A stretch of 64,000 nucleotides of DNA, taken from Candidatus Micrarchaeota archaeon (GTDB taxonomy: Archaea > Micrarchaeota > Micrarchaeia > Anstonellales > Bilamarchaeaceae). This document shows positions 39,240 to 49,194 of the stretch, piece after piece (position 1 is the stretch's first letter; every line of letters starts with the position of its first letter). The stretch spans positions 1 through 64,000 of the forward strand of contig JBDRPL010000005.1 of assembly GCA_043827025.1 (NCBI GenBank), given 5' to 3'. Both the position numbers and the translations under genes were made by a program. Below the pieces are notes generated by a model, which was not told the origin of the DNA, ran no database searches, and worked only from the letters and a program-made list of their open reading frames with translations.

Positions 39240-40097
39240 TCACTGTATTGCCAATTGATCTACGTTCTTGAACAAAGGCAATCCATTGTTCTGGATTGGA
39301 ACGTAGATGACGCTCTTCTGGTCCTTTAGGTTCTGTATCCAATACCAGGTAAGGTAAGAATCAGTCAAAGAGTTTGCGATTATTGTTTGACTCTCTGAGA
39401 TACCTCTTGCTTCTATGACCTTTCTTTCAGCTTCGCTCTGCTCTTTCTGAAGGACGAATTGCATCCTTTTAGCATCCTGCTCTGCAGTCAGCTTTGTTTC
39501 GATTGCAGTCTGTATCTGGTCAGGAAGTACAATATCCCTTATAAGCACATCTTCAATTACGATTCCTCTGTCTATGAGTTTCGCTTTTATGTTGCTTGTC
39601 AGGCTTGATTGTAACACCACTCTTTTATCAGTAGTATAAAGGTCCTCTGCATTATATGTTGCAACAAGATCCCTTGCAGTTGCCCTTGCAACTGGTTTGA
39701 TAAGCACATTTGCATAGTCAGTGCCTACACTTTTGTAAAGTGATGGTGCATCGTTAGATTCAACGTGGTATAATACACTTAGGTCAAGCTTGACTGTAAG
39801 ACCTTCTGCTGTAATAACATCTAAGCCTATATCATCTCCGCCCCTGTGCATATTATAGCTCATTGTCCTTAGGTTGTAGTGAGTTACAGTTTGCCACGGC
39901 ATCATCACGTAGAATCCTTCGCCCAATGTCTTAGCCTGGACACCTCCTGCGAACGGATCATAAATAACACCCATATTACCCGCCTCAATCACTACAAAAA
40001 TATTTCCAAGTATGAGAAGCAGCACGAACAGCACAACCAATGCTACAAACATTCCGCCAATCAGTTTTCCGATATTATCAAATAGTCCAAAACCCAT
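39240..40097 (-). CDS. SPFH/prohibitin-family membrane protein
   Basis: N-terminal TM, LGEG..PW, T.EGL.V.LD.SV, AIE.K..AEQ.A.R. Confidence 0.9.
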   Translation of the reverse strand: MGFGLFDNIGKLIGGMFVALVVLFVLLLILGNIFVVIEAGNMGVIYDPFAGGVQAKTLGEGFYVMMPWQTVTHYNLRTMSYNMHRGGDDIGLDVITAEGLTVKLDLSVLYHVESNDAPSLYKSVGTDYANVLIKPVARATARDLVATYNAEDLYTTDKRVVLQSSLTSNIKAKLIDRGIVIEDVLIRDIVLPDQIQTAIETKLTAEQDAKRMQFVLQKEQSEAERKVIEARGISESQTIIANSLTDSYLTWYWIQNLKDQKSVIYVPIQNNGLPLFKNVDQLAIQ

Positions 40098-40259
40098 CAA
40101 TCATCATCCTCTTTGAGCGATCCAAAAATCGCTGCTAGCTGACCAATCTTCTGAAAATATTGTTGGTTGGCTATAGTTGAAGTATCAAGGTAAAGGTATA
40201 AAAATATTCCTAGATGCCGTTGATGCTAAAAATAGTGTTAAAATAAAAAAAATTAATTA

Positions 40260-40712
40260 TTATTCAGCTTCGCCTGATTTCCTGAACAGTCTTACTGTTT
40301 TTGATTTAACTGAAACAGGGATTGGGACAGCTACTTCGATGAGCTCTACGGTTATCTCATCTTTTGCATCGTCGATTTTGACTACCTTTGCCTTTTCCCC
40401 TTTGAAAGGCCCTGAAATCATCTCGACAATATCCTTTATTTCGATTGTCACAGCGGGTTTGCTTGCTGATGTCACAAGACCTTTTATATCTTCTGAAGCC
40501 ATTGTCTTTGGTAAAAGCCCTTTTATGTGTTTGACTTTCTGGACCAAGCGAACAACTGCGTTCTCTTCAGGAGATTCTATGAATAAGTATCCTTTCACGC
40601 TGTCAACATAAACTATTGAATGTATGTTGGGTTCCTGCTCCTTTGCCTTTTTTCTGAGTATCTCGACAATTATTTTTTCTTGTCCTGATGTTACTCTTGC
40701 TGTGAATATCAT
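40260..40712 (-). CDS. spt5: Transcription elongation factor Spt5
   Basis: VTSGQE, KGYLFIE, KOW motif ISGPFKGEKAKV. Confidence 0.95.
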   Translation of the reverse strand: MIFTARVTSGQEKIIVEILRKKAKEQEPNIHSIVYVDSVKGYLFIESPEENAVVRLVQKVKHIKGLLPKTMASEDIKGLVTSASKPAVTIEIKDIVEMISGPFKGEKAKVVKIDDAKDEITVELIEVAVPIPVSVKSKTVRLFRKSGEAE

Positions 40713-40721
40713 ATTTATACC

Positions 40722-40886
40722 TCACCCTATGAATCCGAATATTACTGCAACCACTACGCCGACGAGACCAATAACTATAACTCCTATGGAAGTCACCTTT
40801 GCAACCTTTGTGAATTCGTCATGAGTAGGCTTCCTTGAGATTATCAATATCCTCAAACATCTTTTTACAAGTTCTGTCAAATTCAT
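40722..40886 (-). CDS. secE: Protein translocase subunit SecE (Sec61-gamma)
   Basis: Hand-translated MNLTELVKRCLRILIISRKPTHDEFTKVAKVTSIGVIVIGLVG...; lies between ftsZ and spt5. Confidence 0.9.
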   Translation of the reverse strand: MNLTELVKRCLRILIISRKPTHDEFTKVAKVTSIGVIVIGLVGVVVAVIFGFIG

Positions 40887-40891
40887 ACGTA

Positions 40892-42022
40892 TTACCCTAT
40901 TATATCAATATCAAGACCGTCCAGTTCCTGATCTACAGTCTTTGTTTCCTTCTTAGTAAATCTTACTCCCGCAAGAACTATTAATACTCGCATTGACGAC
41001 TTTTTCATATTTTCTTCTATCCTTGAACCCCAAATTATATGGGCATTCGGATTTATTCTTCTTGAAGTCTCTGCTACGATATATTCAGCTTCCTTTAATG
41101 TCATATCCTCTCCGCCTACGACATTAACAAGAGCTTTGGTGCACGAGTCTATCTCTGCATCAAGCAATGGCGAATTCAATGCAGTGTCAATTGCTATCCT
41201 GCACCTTTCATCCCCTTTTGCATCAAGCGAAGCTTCTCCTAAACCAATTACTGCAAATCCTCCGCTGGACAGTATTGTCCTAAGATCTGCAAAATCCACG
41301 TTTACAAGTCCTGATTTGGTGACCAGTTCTGTAATTCCTTTGACTGCACCTGCAAGAACTTCATCACAGACTTTGAACGCAGTATTAAGCGGAAGGTCTG
41401 GGACAAGGTTCAGGAGTTTGTCATTTTTTATTACTATGAGTGTGTCAGTGAATTTCTTGAGTTTTTCAAGGCCGGTCATTGCATTTTCCATCCTTATTTT
41501 TCCTTCTGAAGTGAAGGGCAATGTTACTACTCCTACTGTCAATGCGCCTGCTGCCTTTGCCTGCTCTGCAATTATTGGTGCGCTTCCTGTTCCTGTGCCG
41601 CCACCTAACCCGCAGGTTATGAATACTAATGAACCATCGCTTATTACATTTTTTATTTCTGACAGGGCCTCCTTTGCAGCTTCTTCTCCGACTGTAGGGT
41701 TGCTTCCAGCGCCCTTTCCTCCACTAACCTTTTTTCCTAAAATGATCTTTTTGTTTGCCCTTACCTTTAACAGATGTCGAGCATCAGTATTCATTGCAAT
41801 TAGTTTCACACCATCGATTCCCAATTCAAATAATCTGTCAAGCGTGTTGCTTCCGCTTCCCCCAGACCCAACGATATATATTTTCTGCTTGTTTTCTTCT
41901 ATGAATTTCAGTATTTCATCGTTGCTGTCAGCCTCGTCAGTGATGTCTTTTATAAGCTCGCTGTTCGTGGCATCTGCAACCATGATTTTTTCCGGGGTTT
42001 GAGTCTGTGGGACTTCTGACAC
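40892..42022 (-). CDS. ftsZ: Cell division protein FtsZ
   Basis: GLGGGTGTGSAP signature, NTDARHL, NVDFADL. Confidence 0.97.
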   Translation of the reverse strand: MSEVPQTQTPEKIMVADATNSELIKDITDEADSNDEILKFIEENKQKIYIVGSGGSGSNTLDRLFELGIDGVKLIAMNTDARHLLKVRANKKIILGKKVSGGKGAGSNPTVGEEAAKEALSEIKNVISDGSLVFITCGLGGGTGTGSAPIIAEQAKAAGALTVGVVTLPFTSEGKIRMENAMTGLEKLKKFTDTLIVIKNDKLLNLVPDLPLNTAFKVCDEVLAGAVKGITELVTKSGLVNVDFADLRTILSSGGFAVIGLGEASLDAKGDERCRIAIDTALNSPLLDAEIDSCTKALVNVVGGEDMTLKEAEYIVAETSRRINPNAHIIWGSRIEENMKKSSMRVLIVLAGVRFTKKETKTVDQELDGLDIDIIG

Positions 42023-42144
42023 TTGTAATCACCTATAAAAATAGATGCTAGATACTTGAAGCAAAAGGTATTTATATGTACCTTTTCTTGCATTCAGAAT
42101 TCAAAATTCAAGACCCGAAACTCGAGACAGGAAACAATAATTGA

Positions 42145-42218
42145 CGCCCCCACTGAGATTTGAACTCAGGTTCCAGGATCCGCAATCCAGTGTTCTGTCC
42201 AGGCTATACTATGGGGGC
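42145..42218 (-). tRNA. tRNA-Arg(GCG)
   Basis: GCCCCCA/TGGGGGC acceptor, TT-GCG-GA loop, GTTCAAATC T-loop; one U-U mismatch in the anticodon stem. Confidence 0.9.
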
Positions 42219-42380
42219 TTCAAAGGATTAAGATGTGACACAAATGTTTAAATATGTAATGTTATAAATTAGAGTTCTCTTTATTCTCAGATAACAAGGT
42301 AATTCCAATTGCTTTGCCTTAGGTTCTCTGCGGTTTGGATGAGAATGGGTGAATCCTGAATGGGATTCAGTGAAGGTGAA

Positions 42381-42527
42381 ATGATGAAATTATGTAGCTC
42401 ATGTAACAGAATGACTAAGAACTTTGCTGCGTTCCCCTCGCCAGTCGGCGAAGGCGAAATAGTCAGATGCTATTACTGCAGGGAAAACAAGAACCCTTAC
42501 AAATACGGAGAGTTCCAGGGTCCCTAG
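42381..42527 (+). CDS. Small Zn-ribbon protein (DUF1610/HVO_2753-like)
   Basis: Hand-translated MMKLCSSCNR..F.SP.GEGEIVRCYYCRENKNPY..GEFQGP; usual position upstream of EF-1beta; AGGTGA RBS. Confidence 0.75.
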   Translation: MMKLCSSCNRMTKNFAAFPSPVGEGEIVRCYYCRENKNPYKYGEFQGP

Positions 42528-42535
42528 GTGAATGA

Positions 42536-42796
42536 ATGTCTGACGAATTCAACGTATCTTTGACGCTTAAGATCTATCTTGAGGATTATAGCAAGATGGA
42601 CCATGTGAAAAAAAACATATCTGAGAAGTACAAGGTTTCCAAATTTTGGGAAGAGGATATTGGTTTTGGAATAAAAGCCCTCAAGGCTTCACTTCTTTTG
42701 AACGATGGCAAAGGCGGAGCTGATGCGGTCGAGGAGTATCTGATGTCGCTTGAAGGAGTCAGCCAAGTCCAAGTAGAAGATATGTCTAGAATATAG
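42536..42796 (+). CDS. ef1b: Translation elongation factor aEF-1beta
   Basis: EEDIGFGIKAL, EGVSQVQV; 86 aa. Confidence 0.9.
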   Translation: MSDEFNVSLTLKIYLEDYSKMDHVKKNISEKYKVSKFWEEDIGFGIKALKASLLLNDGKGGADAVEEYLMSLEGVSQVQVEDMSRI

Positions 42797-42805
42797 GGTG
42801 TATTT

Positions 42806-43483
42806 ATGGGATTACCAAAGAAAAGAGAGAAAAAGGAAACTAAGAAAGAAATTGTAAAAACGTCTAAACACGGCGAGAAGAAAGTAGAGGGAGCAGTAGA
42901 ATTTAGGGGTATCGTAAGAATCGCAGGAAGAGATATCCGAGGTCAAGTCCAGCTTAAAAGGGCTATCTACAAGGTCGTAGGGATCGGTTCCACATTGGCG
43001 ATTGCAGCACAAAGAGTTATAGAGCGTGAGTTGACCATACCTGGAGAAACGCAGGTTGGAAACCTTAGTGAAGATCAAGTTGCAAACGTAGATGAGATAC
43101 TATTCCATCTTCATAAATACAATGTTCCAAGATTTTTATTGAATTCAAGAAGAGGTGTGACCAACGGGAAAGATGAACATTTCATCATGAGCGACCTTGA
43201 CTTTGCATTCAAGCAAAGCATCGAAACTGAGAAGAAATTGTTTTCATGGAAGGGTTACAGGCATGCTTATGGCCAAAGAGTAAGAGGCCAAAGAACAAGA
43301 AATACTGGCAGAAAAGGTATGGCATTGGGTGTTATGAGAAAATCAATCATTGCAGCCTCTGCATCTGCCAAGGCTAGTCCAAAAGGGTCTGCAGGAGCGC
43401 CTGCAGCAGCAAAAGCACCATCGGGAGCAGCAAAGGAAGTGCCAAAGGCAGCTGAAAAGAAGCCAGCCGAAGCAAAGAAATAA
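42806..43483 (+). CDS. rps13: 30S ribosomal protein S13 with Ala/Lys-rich tail
   Basis: IVRIAGRDI, GIG, WKGYRH..GQRVRGQRTRNTGR. Confidence 0.95.
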   Translation: MGLPKKREKKETKKEIVKTSKHGEKKVEGAVEFRGIVRIAGRDIRGQVQLKRAIYKVVGIGSTLAIAAQRVIERELTIPGETQVGNLSEDQVANVDEILFHLHKYNVPRFLLNSRRGVTNGKDEHFIMSDLDFAFKQSIETEKKLFSWKGYRHAYGQRVRGQRTRNTGRKGMALGVMRKSIIAASASAKASPKGSAGAPAAAKAPSGAAKEVPKAAEKKPAEAKK

Positions 43484-43495
43484 AGAGGTAATTGA

Positions 43496-44095
43496 ATGGG
43501 AGATCCACCAAAACTAAGAAACAAATATTCTCGTCCAAAACGATTATGGGATGTTGACAGGCTTAAGGAAGAAAAGGGGCTTAAAAAAGAGTATGGCCTG
43601 AAGAACATGAGGGAGCTTTGGGTAGTTGGCGCCAAACTGAAGAAATACAGGCGTGAAGCCAGGCGATTGCTTTCTCTTCCGGAAGATGAAAGGGAAAGAG
43701 ACAAGGCAATCATACTCAATAAGCTTGTAAGCATGGGCATTCTTAAGACAGAATCTACTGTTGAAGATATTCTTTCTTTAGGTGTCAAGGCGTTTTTAGA
43801 GAGAAGGCTTCAGACAATTGTTTACAAAAAAGGCCTTGCAAGAAGCATTGATCAGAGCAGGCAATTGATAACTCATGGATTTGTTTCAGTGAATGGAGGG
43901 CGAGTTTCCATTCCGAGTTATTTCGTTGATTCTGGAGATGAGGCAGATATTTCTTATTCAAAGAAAATAGATATTGAGCCTCCGAAGGCTGCAGAACCTG
44001 TAAAAGAAGCTGCTGCAACGAAGGTAGAGGGCGGAAAACCGAATGAAAATAGTCCTGCAACTCCACAGCCAAAGGCTGAGGAAGCAGCATCTTAG
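43496..44095 (+). CDS. rps4: 30S ribosomal protein S4
   Basis: [31 protein letters not shown]. Confidence 0.96.
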   Translation: MGDPPKLRNKYSRPKRLWDVDRLKEEKGLKKEYGLKNMRELWVVGAKLKKYRREARRLLSLPEDERERDKAIILNKLVSMGILKTESTVEDILSLGVKAFLERRLQTIVYKKGLARSIDQSRQLITHGFVSVNGGRVSIPSYFVDSGDEADISYSKKIDIEPPKAAEPVKEAAATKVEGGKPNENSPATPQPKAEEAAS

Positions 44096-44103
44096 GTGAA
44101 AAA

Positions 44104-44592
44104 ATGGCAGAAGAAGTAAAAGAAGTAGTAAAGGAAGTACAGAAGGAAGTTCCAAAAGACTCACCAAAAGAAGTAGTAAAGGAAGTGCCAAGAGAAGTAA
44201 AGAAGACCAAGAATAAAGTGGCATTGCTTCACGTTTTCTCTTCAAAGAACGATACTATCATAACTGCAACAGATCTGAGCGGTGCAGAGACACTTGCTTG
44301 GGCAAGCGGTGGAATGATGGTCAAGTCCGACAGAGAAGAAGGAAGGCCGTATGCTGCAATGCAAGCTGCAATCAAAGTGGTTAATCTTATAAAAGATAAA
44401 GGCATAACCCATGTTCATATACGCATTCGTGCACCGGGTGGAAATGGGACAAAGACCCCTGGTCCAGGTGCTCAGGCAGTTGTAAGAACAGTTGCAAGAG
44501 CAGGCGTTCGTATTGGTACTATCGAAGAAGTCACTCCGCTTCCAACGGACTCGATGAAGAGAAAGGGTGGAAGAAGAGGCAGAAGAGTATAA
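44104..44592 (+). CDS. rps11: 30S ribosomal protein S11
   Basis: [32 protein letters not shown]. Confidence 0.96.
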   Translation: MAEEVKEVVKEVQKEVPKDSPKEVVKEVPREVKKTKNKVALLHVFSSKNDTIITATDLSGAETLAWASGGMMVKSDREEGRPYAAMQAAIKVVNLIKDKGITHVHIRIRAPGGNGTKTPGPGAQAVVRTVARAGVRIGTIEEVTPLPTDSMKRKGGRRGRRV

Positions 44593-44604
44593 GGTGTTGT
44601 ATTC

Positions 44605-45186
44605 ATGAAAGTAGCCATTGAAAAAGAGCACGAGAACAGGCTGGAGTTTTCAGTTGAAGGGATTACTCCGACATTTGCAAATGCCATAAGGCGTTATGCA
44701 ATTGCAAGGGTTCCAATAATTGCGATTGATCAAGTGACTTTCTATGAAAACAGCTCCTATGTCTTTGATGAATATCTTGCGCATAGGGTTGGGCAGCTTC
44801 CTTTGAAGACGCCTGACAAATTGAGTGAAAATGCGGAAATAACCCTTTCGCTTGATGCAACAGGGCCGAAACTTGTCAGTTCAAAGGACTTGAAGAGTTC
44901 TGATTCTCAGATTGTTGTTGTGAAGGACAATGTCCCTATAATTTCTCTGAACGAAGGACAAAGGCTTCAGTTCGAGGGAAAGGCAATTGTCGGTCGCGGA
45001 AGGACCCATGCAAAGTTCCAATCAGGTATAGTTGCCTATGGGATTGATGAAAAAACAGGCAAGATATCTTTCAAAGTAGAAGGATTTTATCAGATGCCTA
45101 TAAAGGAACTTGTGATTCGTGCATGCACTCAGCTTGAGGATGATTTGGTTGAAATGACAAAGTTTCTTAAGAAAAAGTCGAAATAG
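44605..45186 (+). CDS. rpoD: DNA-directed RNA polymerase subunit D (Rpo3)
   Basis: FANAIRR, VP..AID.V...ENSS..FDEYLAHR.G, HAKFQ; follows rps11. Confidence 0.93.
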   Translation: MKVAIEKEHENRLEFSVEGITPTFANAIRRYAIARVPIIAIDQVTFYENSSYVFDEYLAHRVGQLPLKTPDKLSENAEITLSLDATGPKLVSSKDLKSSDSQIVVVKDNVPIISLNEGQRLQFEGKAIVGRGRTHAKFQSGIVAYGIDEKTGKISFKVEGFYQMPIKELVIRACTQLEDDLVEMTKFLKKKSK

Positions 45187-45276
45187 ATTTTTATATTCTT
45201 TCATTCTAGTTATTTGTTTCTTTAATTAGGTATTGTAGACAGGTTATTTGTGCATGTTTTGCACATGTTTTTATTT

Positions 45277-45360
45277 GCAGGGGTGGCGGAGTGGTCAAAC
45301 GTGCTAGGTTGAGGGCCTAGTGGCTTAGTGCCTACGAGAGTTCGAACCTCTTTCCCTGCA
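45277..45360 (+). tRNA. tRNA-Leu(GAG)
   Basis: GCAGGGG acceptor, CTAGG-TTGAGGG-CCTAG, long variable arm, GTTCGAAC T-loop. Confidence 0.95.
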
Positions 45361-45592
45361 TACTGATCTGGTCTGAGGACACTAACCTTTTAGGTTCTCA
45401 GATTAGATCTCAAATCATGGCAAGAACGTCGCAACGTTCTTGACTGCCATTGTCGCAAGCGACAATAGCATGCCCTGAGGAACTCAGATCGGATCTGAGG
45501 TCTGAAGCTACTTAACATTACAATGCCAAATTTAGCAAAATGTAGATCATCTCGCCGAGTGCTGTTCTGAGGAGAGAAGCTTATAAAGACTG

Positions 45593-45922
45593 CTACTGGC
45601 TTAACCAAACTAATTTGTTATTAGAATCAATAGGAAATCTACTTTTTAACGTATGTAAAAGGGTTCTACTATCCCCTTTCTTTAAACAAAACCATGCCCC
45701 CATCAAACGATGGTATTCTCTAAGGGTTATTTTCGAATCTCCAATTTTTGTTTTAAGTCGTTCAAATGCCATTTTTTCAAAATCAAATTTTCTATTCGTT
45801 TCTTCTACTATCTCGGGTTCAATTTCTTTCTTTACCTGCGGTTTATTTTGCTTTTTTTCTTCAACCCTAGCGAATAAATCGTCTAGTATGGCATTCCATC
45901 TTTCAAGTTTTTCTCGATCCAT
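45593..45922 (-). CDS. Small hypothetical protein, possible winged-helix C-terminus
   Basis: MDREKLERW... 109 aa, starts 11 nt after the MBL gene stop; the longer ORF-track start overlaps the MBL gene. Confidence 0.5.
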   Translation of the reverse strand: MDREKLERWNAILDDLFARVEEKKQNKPQVKKEIEPEIVEETNRKFDFEKMAFERLKTKIGDSKITLREYHRLMGAWFCLKKGDSRTLLHTLKSRFPIDSNNKLVWLSQ

Positions 45923-45932
45923 ATTAAAAACC

Positions 45933-47276
45933 CTATAAATCAATCTTATTGCCTTTTTTCGGGTGTAATGCTCGATCCTTAAATAGTTCAGCATGATGAG
46001 TATGTATAGGTAAAACTTTTTTTGGATCAATCTCTTCAATGAATCCAAATATCTCACTCATAGCCGCATGCCCGGAAGCGTGCAATTGGTGATATGTAAG
46101 ACCGAAGGTATCAGTCCAATTATGTAAAACGTCATCAGAAACCTGAGAAATCGGATCCTCTTCAAAAGGTTCACTCATCGAATGAATACAAATTCCTCCT
46201 TTTGGTTTTATATCAATTAATTCAGTGAGTTGGAAAAAATCAAGCTCAAGAATACAATTGTTACAATTCTCAGAAACATATTCTGAATCAACACACTTTG
46301 GTAACATTGGTTTCTCCCATGGCTTGTAAACTTTCATTTCTCTACCATAAATTTTGATATGCTTATCTGAATATGGATCTGGCAAACCTATTGGATCATC
46401 TTTCAAAGATAAAAGCAAATGTGCCATCTTCATTGAGATTATCAAATCTTTTCCAGTTTCTTTTGCTATCGAGTAAAACGTTCTAAATCTATCAATGTCT
46501 TTTGGATATCTCATGGCTAATATCAAACCTTTTGATTCTTGAACTACTTTTTTGCTCTCACTTTGCACAATTGATTCTGTATGATTTTTTCGTGTTTCCT
46601 TTGGAGCAACTCTTGTTCCTTCTATAATCAAAACTTCAGGATCAAATTCCGATGCTTTTTTCACAAAATCCTCGGTCATATCGCATCGTGGGCCATGCTT
46701 TCTCAAATCCCCAGAATAAGCGATATTTCCTTCTGAAGTTTCGATAACAAATCCATAAGCTCCAGGTACAGAGTGGTCAACATGAACTGGGCAGACTTTG
46801 AAATCCCCTATTGAGAAGTCTTTTCCTGTTCTGAAAGTGTTAGTTTTAGTTTCTTCTTTGAAGAATTTCTGATTTGTTGTTTCTTGAGTAGAACCTAAAA
46901 TAAGCTCAGTTGCTTCACCCAAATAAAGAGGAATGTCTGGATGTAAGTATTGCAAATGGGCAACATGATCAAAATGAGCATGTGAAAGTATCACGCCGTC
47001 AAATTCTGGTTCTGCATAAGCCAGATCTGTTTTTTCCAAGACGTCTTTGGAGTATAAACCTTTGAGTTTTGGAATAAGATTAAATGCAAAATAATCCCTA
47101 AGTCCAAATCTTGCTCTTGGTGCAAGATATGCTTCAGGTACAAAATAATCATCTAAGAGATTAAATGACTGTCCAAAATCCAAAAATATTCTTGACTTTT
47201 TATCTTCTATAAGAAATTTATTTCCGCCAATTTCGTTTATTCCACCATATGCAGTTATTGATGTCATATTGCTCAC
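45933..47276 (-). CDS. MBL-fold beta-CASP metallo-hydrolase (RNase J-like)
   Basis: GG..EIGGN, LDFG, SHAHFDH, VDHS, YSGDLR.HG, IIEGT, HASGH, PIHT. Confidence 0.85.
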   Translation of the reverse strand: MSNMTSITAYGGINEIGGNKFLIEDKKSRIFLDFGQSFNLLDDYFVPEAYLAPRARFGLRDYFAFNLIPKLKGLYSKDVLEKTDLAYAEPEFDGVILSHAHFDHVAHLQYLHPDIPLYLGEATELILGSTQETTNQKFFKEETKTNTFRTGKDFSIGDFKVCPVHVDHSVPGAYGFVIETSEGNIAYSGDLRKHGPRCDMTEDFVKKASEFDPEVLIIEGTRVAPKETRKNHTESIVQSESKKVVQESKGLILAMRYPKDIDRFRTFYSIAKETGKDLIISMKMAHLLLSLKDDPIGLPDPYSDKHIKIYGREMKVYKPWEKPMLPKCVDSEYVSENCNNCILELDFFQLTELIDIKPKGGICIHSMSEPFEEDPISQVSDDVLHNWTDTFGLTYHQLHASGHAAMSEIFGFIEEIDPKKVLPIHTHHAELFKDRALHPKKGNKIDL

Positions 47277-48523
47277 TCCGTTAAATCTCTTATAAGTTCA
47301 TAAACAGCATATAATTCACTAATTGTTTTTCTTACAAATGAAATTGTTTCGTCCTCACTCATCTTTATTAAAGTTGCACGGGGCATCTCTTTACATATCT
47401 TAATTTCTAGTCCGTGATGTTTTCTTTTTAGAAGTTTTTTGAGTTTTTTAAAAATAATCAAATAATCATTTTGTTCAGAAAAATCTAAATTCAAAGATAA
47501 GACTTCACTATATGAAGTTGGCGCATTTTTCCTGTTTTTGTCGCGTTCTATAAATTGAATAATAATTTTGTAACTTTTAGAATGTGTAGAACCTCCCTTT
47601 AATTGGTTAAACACTCGTGAAAGAGAAACGCCAGATTTGCGTAATTGGTCTGATTCAAGACAATCTTTAACTAACCTACGGATTTTAGCCTTGTTATTTA
47701 AAACTACAAATACCTCTAAACAACTTGGTGTCAGACCAGTAGAAATATGAGCAAAATCTTGTTGTCGTTCATATTTTGTTAGAACTGCACCAACCCACTG
47801 GTTTTCCATATTTAGCTTCGATTGATAAGCCAATGGTTTGACCCACATACTGCCTTTTTTAGGCTTAGCTTTTTTCAAGATTCCCTCAACTTTACTTTTT
47901 ACATTCCTAGCCATTTCTTGATCTTCGAAAAATCCAAAATCTTTACTATTAAAATTTAATGTTGCCATATTATTCACCTCGAGATATTCAAGAAATTCAG
48001 TTAATAGAAAATTCACCAAAAGCTTCTTTTCAAATTTTTGTTGCATCTCTTTCAAGAAGGAATATACTTCTGGCCATTGATGCTTATTTTCTTTCTTAAC
48101 ATTAAGCAACTTACAATGTCTTCTAAGTTGATCTTTGTTTACGTTAGAACTTGTTTTGACCTCTACGAGTATTGCGAAGTTATCGTTATTACTATAAATC
48201 CAAGCGTCTGGAATACTATCATTAAGTTTAATTTTTCCATTTTCTCTCTTTTCTTTAGAATATATTAGCAAAACTGCTCTTTGTTTTTTAGATCTAAGAT
48301 CTTTAGCTAAATCTCGATTTTGGAGTTCATATTTAATATTACTTCCAGAAGGAACCACGCTGGTAAATTTTTTTATAAACTTACGGGTAATCTCAGGTTC
48401 GTCACATTTTTCTAATAAATTTATAAGTGATTTCGTAGTATTATTCTCTATCTGATACTCGTCTTTCTGTGGGTCAGAACTTTGAGTGCCATAATAATAA
48501 AATAAATTCTTATGTGGATCCAC
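47273..48523 (-). CDS. PD-(D/E)XK superfamily nuclease with uncharacterised C-terminal domain
   Basis: EN..T..L, SIPDAWI, ILVEVK, QL.RH, W..V, FLEYL pattern. Confidence 0.7.
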   Translation of the reverse strand: MDPHKNLFYYYGTQSSDPQKDEYQIENNTTKSLINLLEKCDEPEITRKFIKKFTSVVPSGSNIKYELQNRDLAKDLRSKKQRAVLLIYSKEKRENGKIKLNDSIPDAWIYSNNDNFAILVEVKTSSNVNKDQLRRHCKLLNVKKENKHQWPEVYSFLKEMQQKFEKKLLVNFLLTEFLEYLEVNNMATLNFNSKDFGFFEDQEMARNVKSKVEGILKKAKPKKGSMWVKPLAYQSKLNMENQWVGAVLTKYERQQDFAHISTGLTPSCLEVFVVLNNKAKIRRLVKDCLESDQLRKSGVSLSRVFNQLKGGSTHSKSYKIIIQFIERDKNRKNAPTSYSEVLSLNLDFSEQNDYLIIFKKLKKLLKRKHHGLEIKICKEMPRATLIKMSEDETISFVRKTISELYAVYELIRDLTE

Positions 48524-49191
48524 TAAATTACCCCCGTTAATTCCTCAAATTTTTCTATTTCATAATCCGCTTGAATATTATCCTTGAACATCTGTCCGTA
48601 TTTTGCTAGGCAAGTTTGCATACCTACCGCTTTAGCACCTTTAATGTCCCGTGTGGGATTATCACCAACAAATAAAACTGCATCGGGTAATACTCCTAGT
48701 TTTTTTAGTGCCAATGTGAAAGCAGAAGGATGCGGTTTGAATTTTTGAGTGTCTGAATGTGTAATTATAAAATCAAATTCATTTTCCAATCCAGTAATAA
48801 TAAGTCGTTGCCAAACTTTGTTTCGTGGGCCATCAGAAACTATGCCCAATTTTACGCCTTTTTCTCTTATTTTTCTAAGAGTTGGCTTTACCATTGGATA
48901 AGGTCGCAGAACTTCTGATTTTCTTTGTAAATAAGCCAAAATTCCAGCCTGTTGAATCTTTTCAGCTAGATTTACTTCTAATTTATACTGCTTAACTACT
49001 TCATAGAAAGTCTTTTGATATTCTATTCCTTTCTCATCATAAACCGAGAATATTTTTCCATAAACTTTTATTTCCTCATCTGGAAGGCCCTGCTTAATCA
49101 TGGCCTTAGCGGCAGCTTTAGCAGTTTCTTTCTTGAAAGTAAGGAAATCCAGAAGCGTATTGTCCAAATCGAAAAGAACTGCCTTAAACAT
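48523..49191 (-). CDS. HAD-superfamily hydrolase (subfamily IA)
   Basis: FDLDNTL, IVSDG, KPHP, FVGDNPTRDI.GA. Confidence 0.92.
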   Translation of the reverse strand: MFKAVLFDLDNTLLDFLTFKKETAKAAAKAMIKQGLPDEEIKVYGKIFSVYDEKGIEYQKTFYEVVKQYKLEVNLAEKIQQAGILAYLQRKSEVLRPYPMVKPTLRKIREKGVKLGIVSDGPRNKVWQRLIITGLENEFDFIITHSDTQKFKPHPSAFTLALKKLGVLPDAVLFVGDNPTRDIKGAKAVGMQTCLAKYGQMFKDNIQADYEIEKFEELTGVI

Positions 49192-49194
49192 GAA

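Noticed and set aside
41136..42002. 288-aa plus-strand ORF and similar long antisense ORFs (4233-4985, 23329-23937, 6420-7013, 56345-56893)
   Set aside because: Shadow frames opposite well-supported genes, with no motifs of their own.
42145..42218. tRNA-Arg as a pseudogene because of a U-U pair in the anticodon stem
   Set aside because: A single mismatch with all other conserved elements intact is tolerated.
42290..42380. Hairpin TGAATCC..GGATTCA in the leader upstream of the Zn-ribbon gene as a C/D sRNA
   Set aside because: No convincing C (RUGAUGA) and D (CUGA) box arrangement; a single short hairpin is insufficient.
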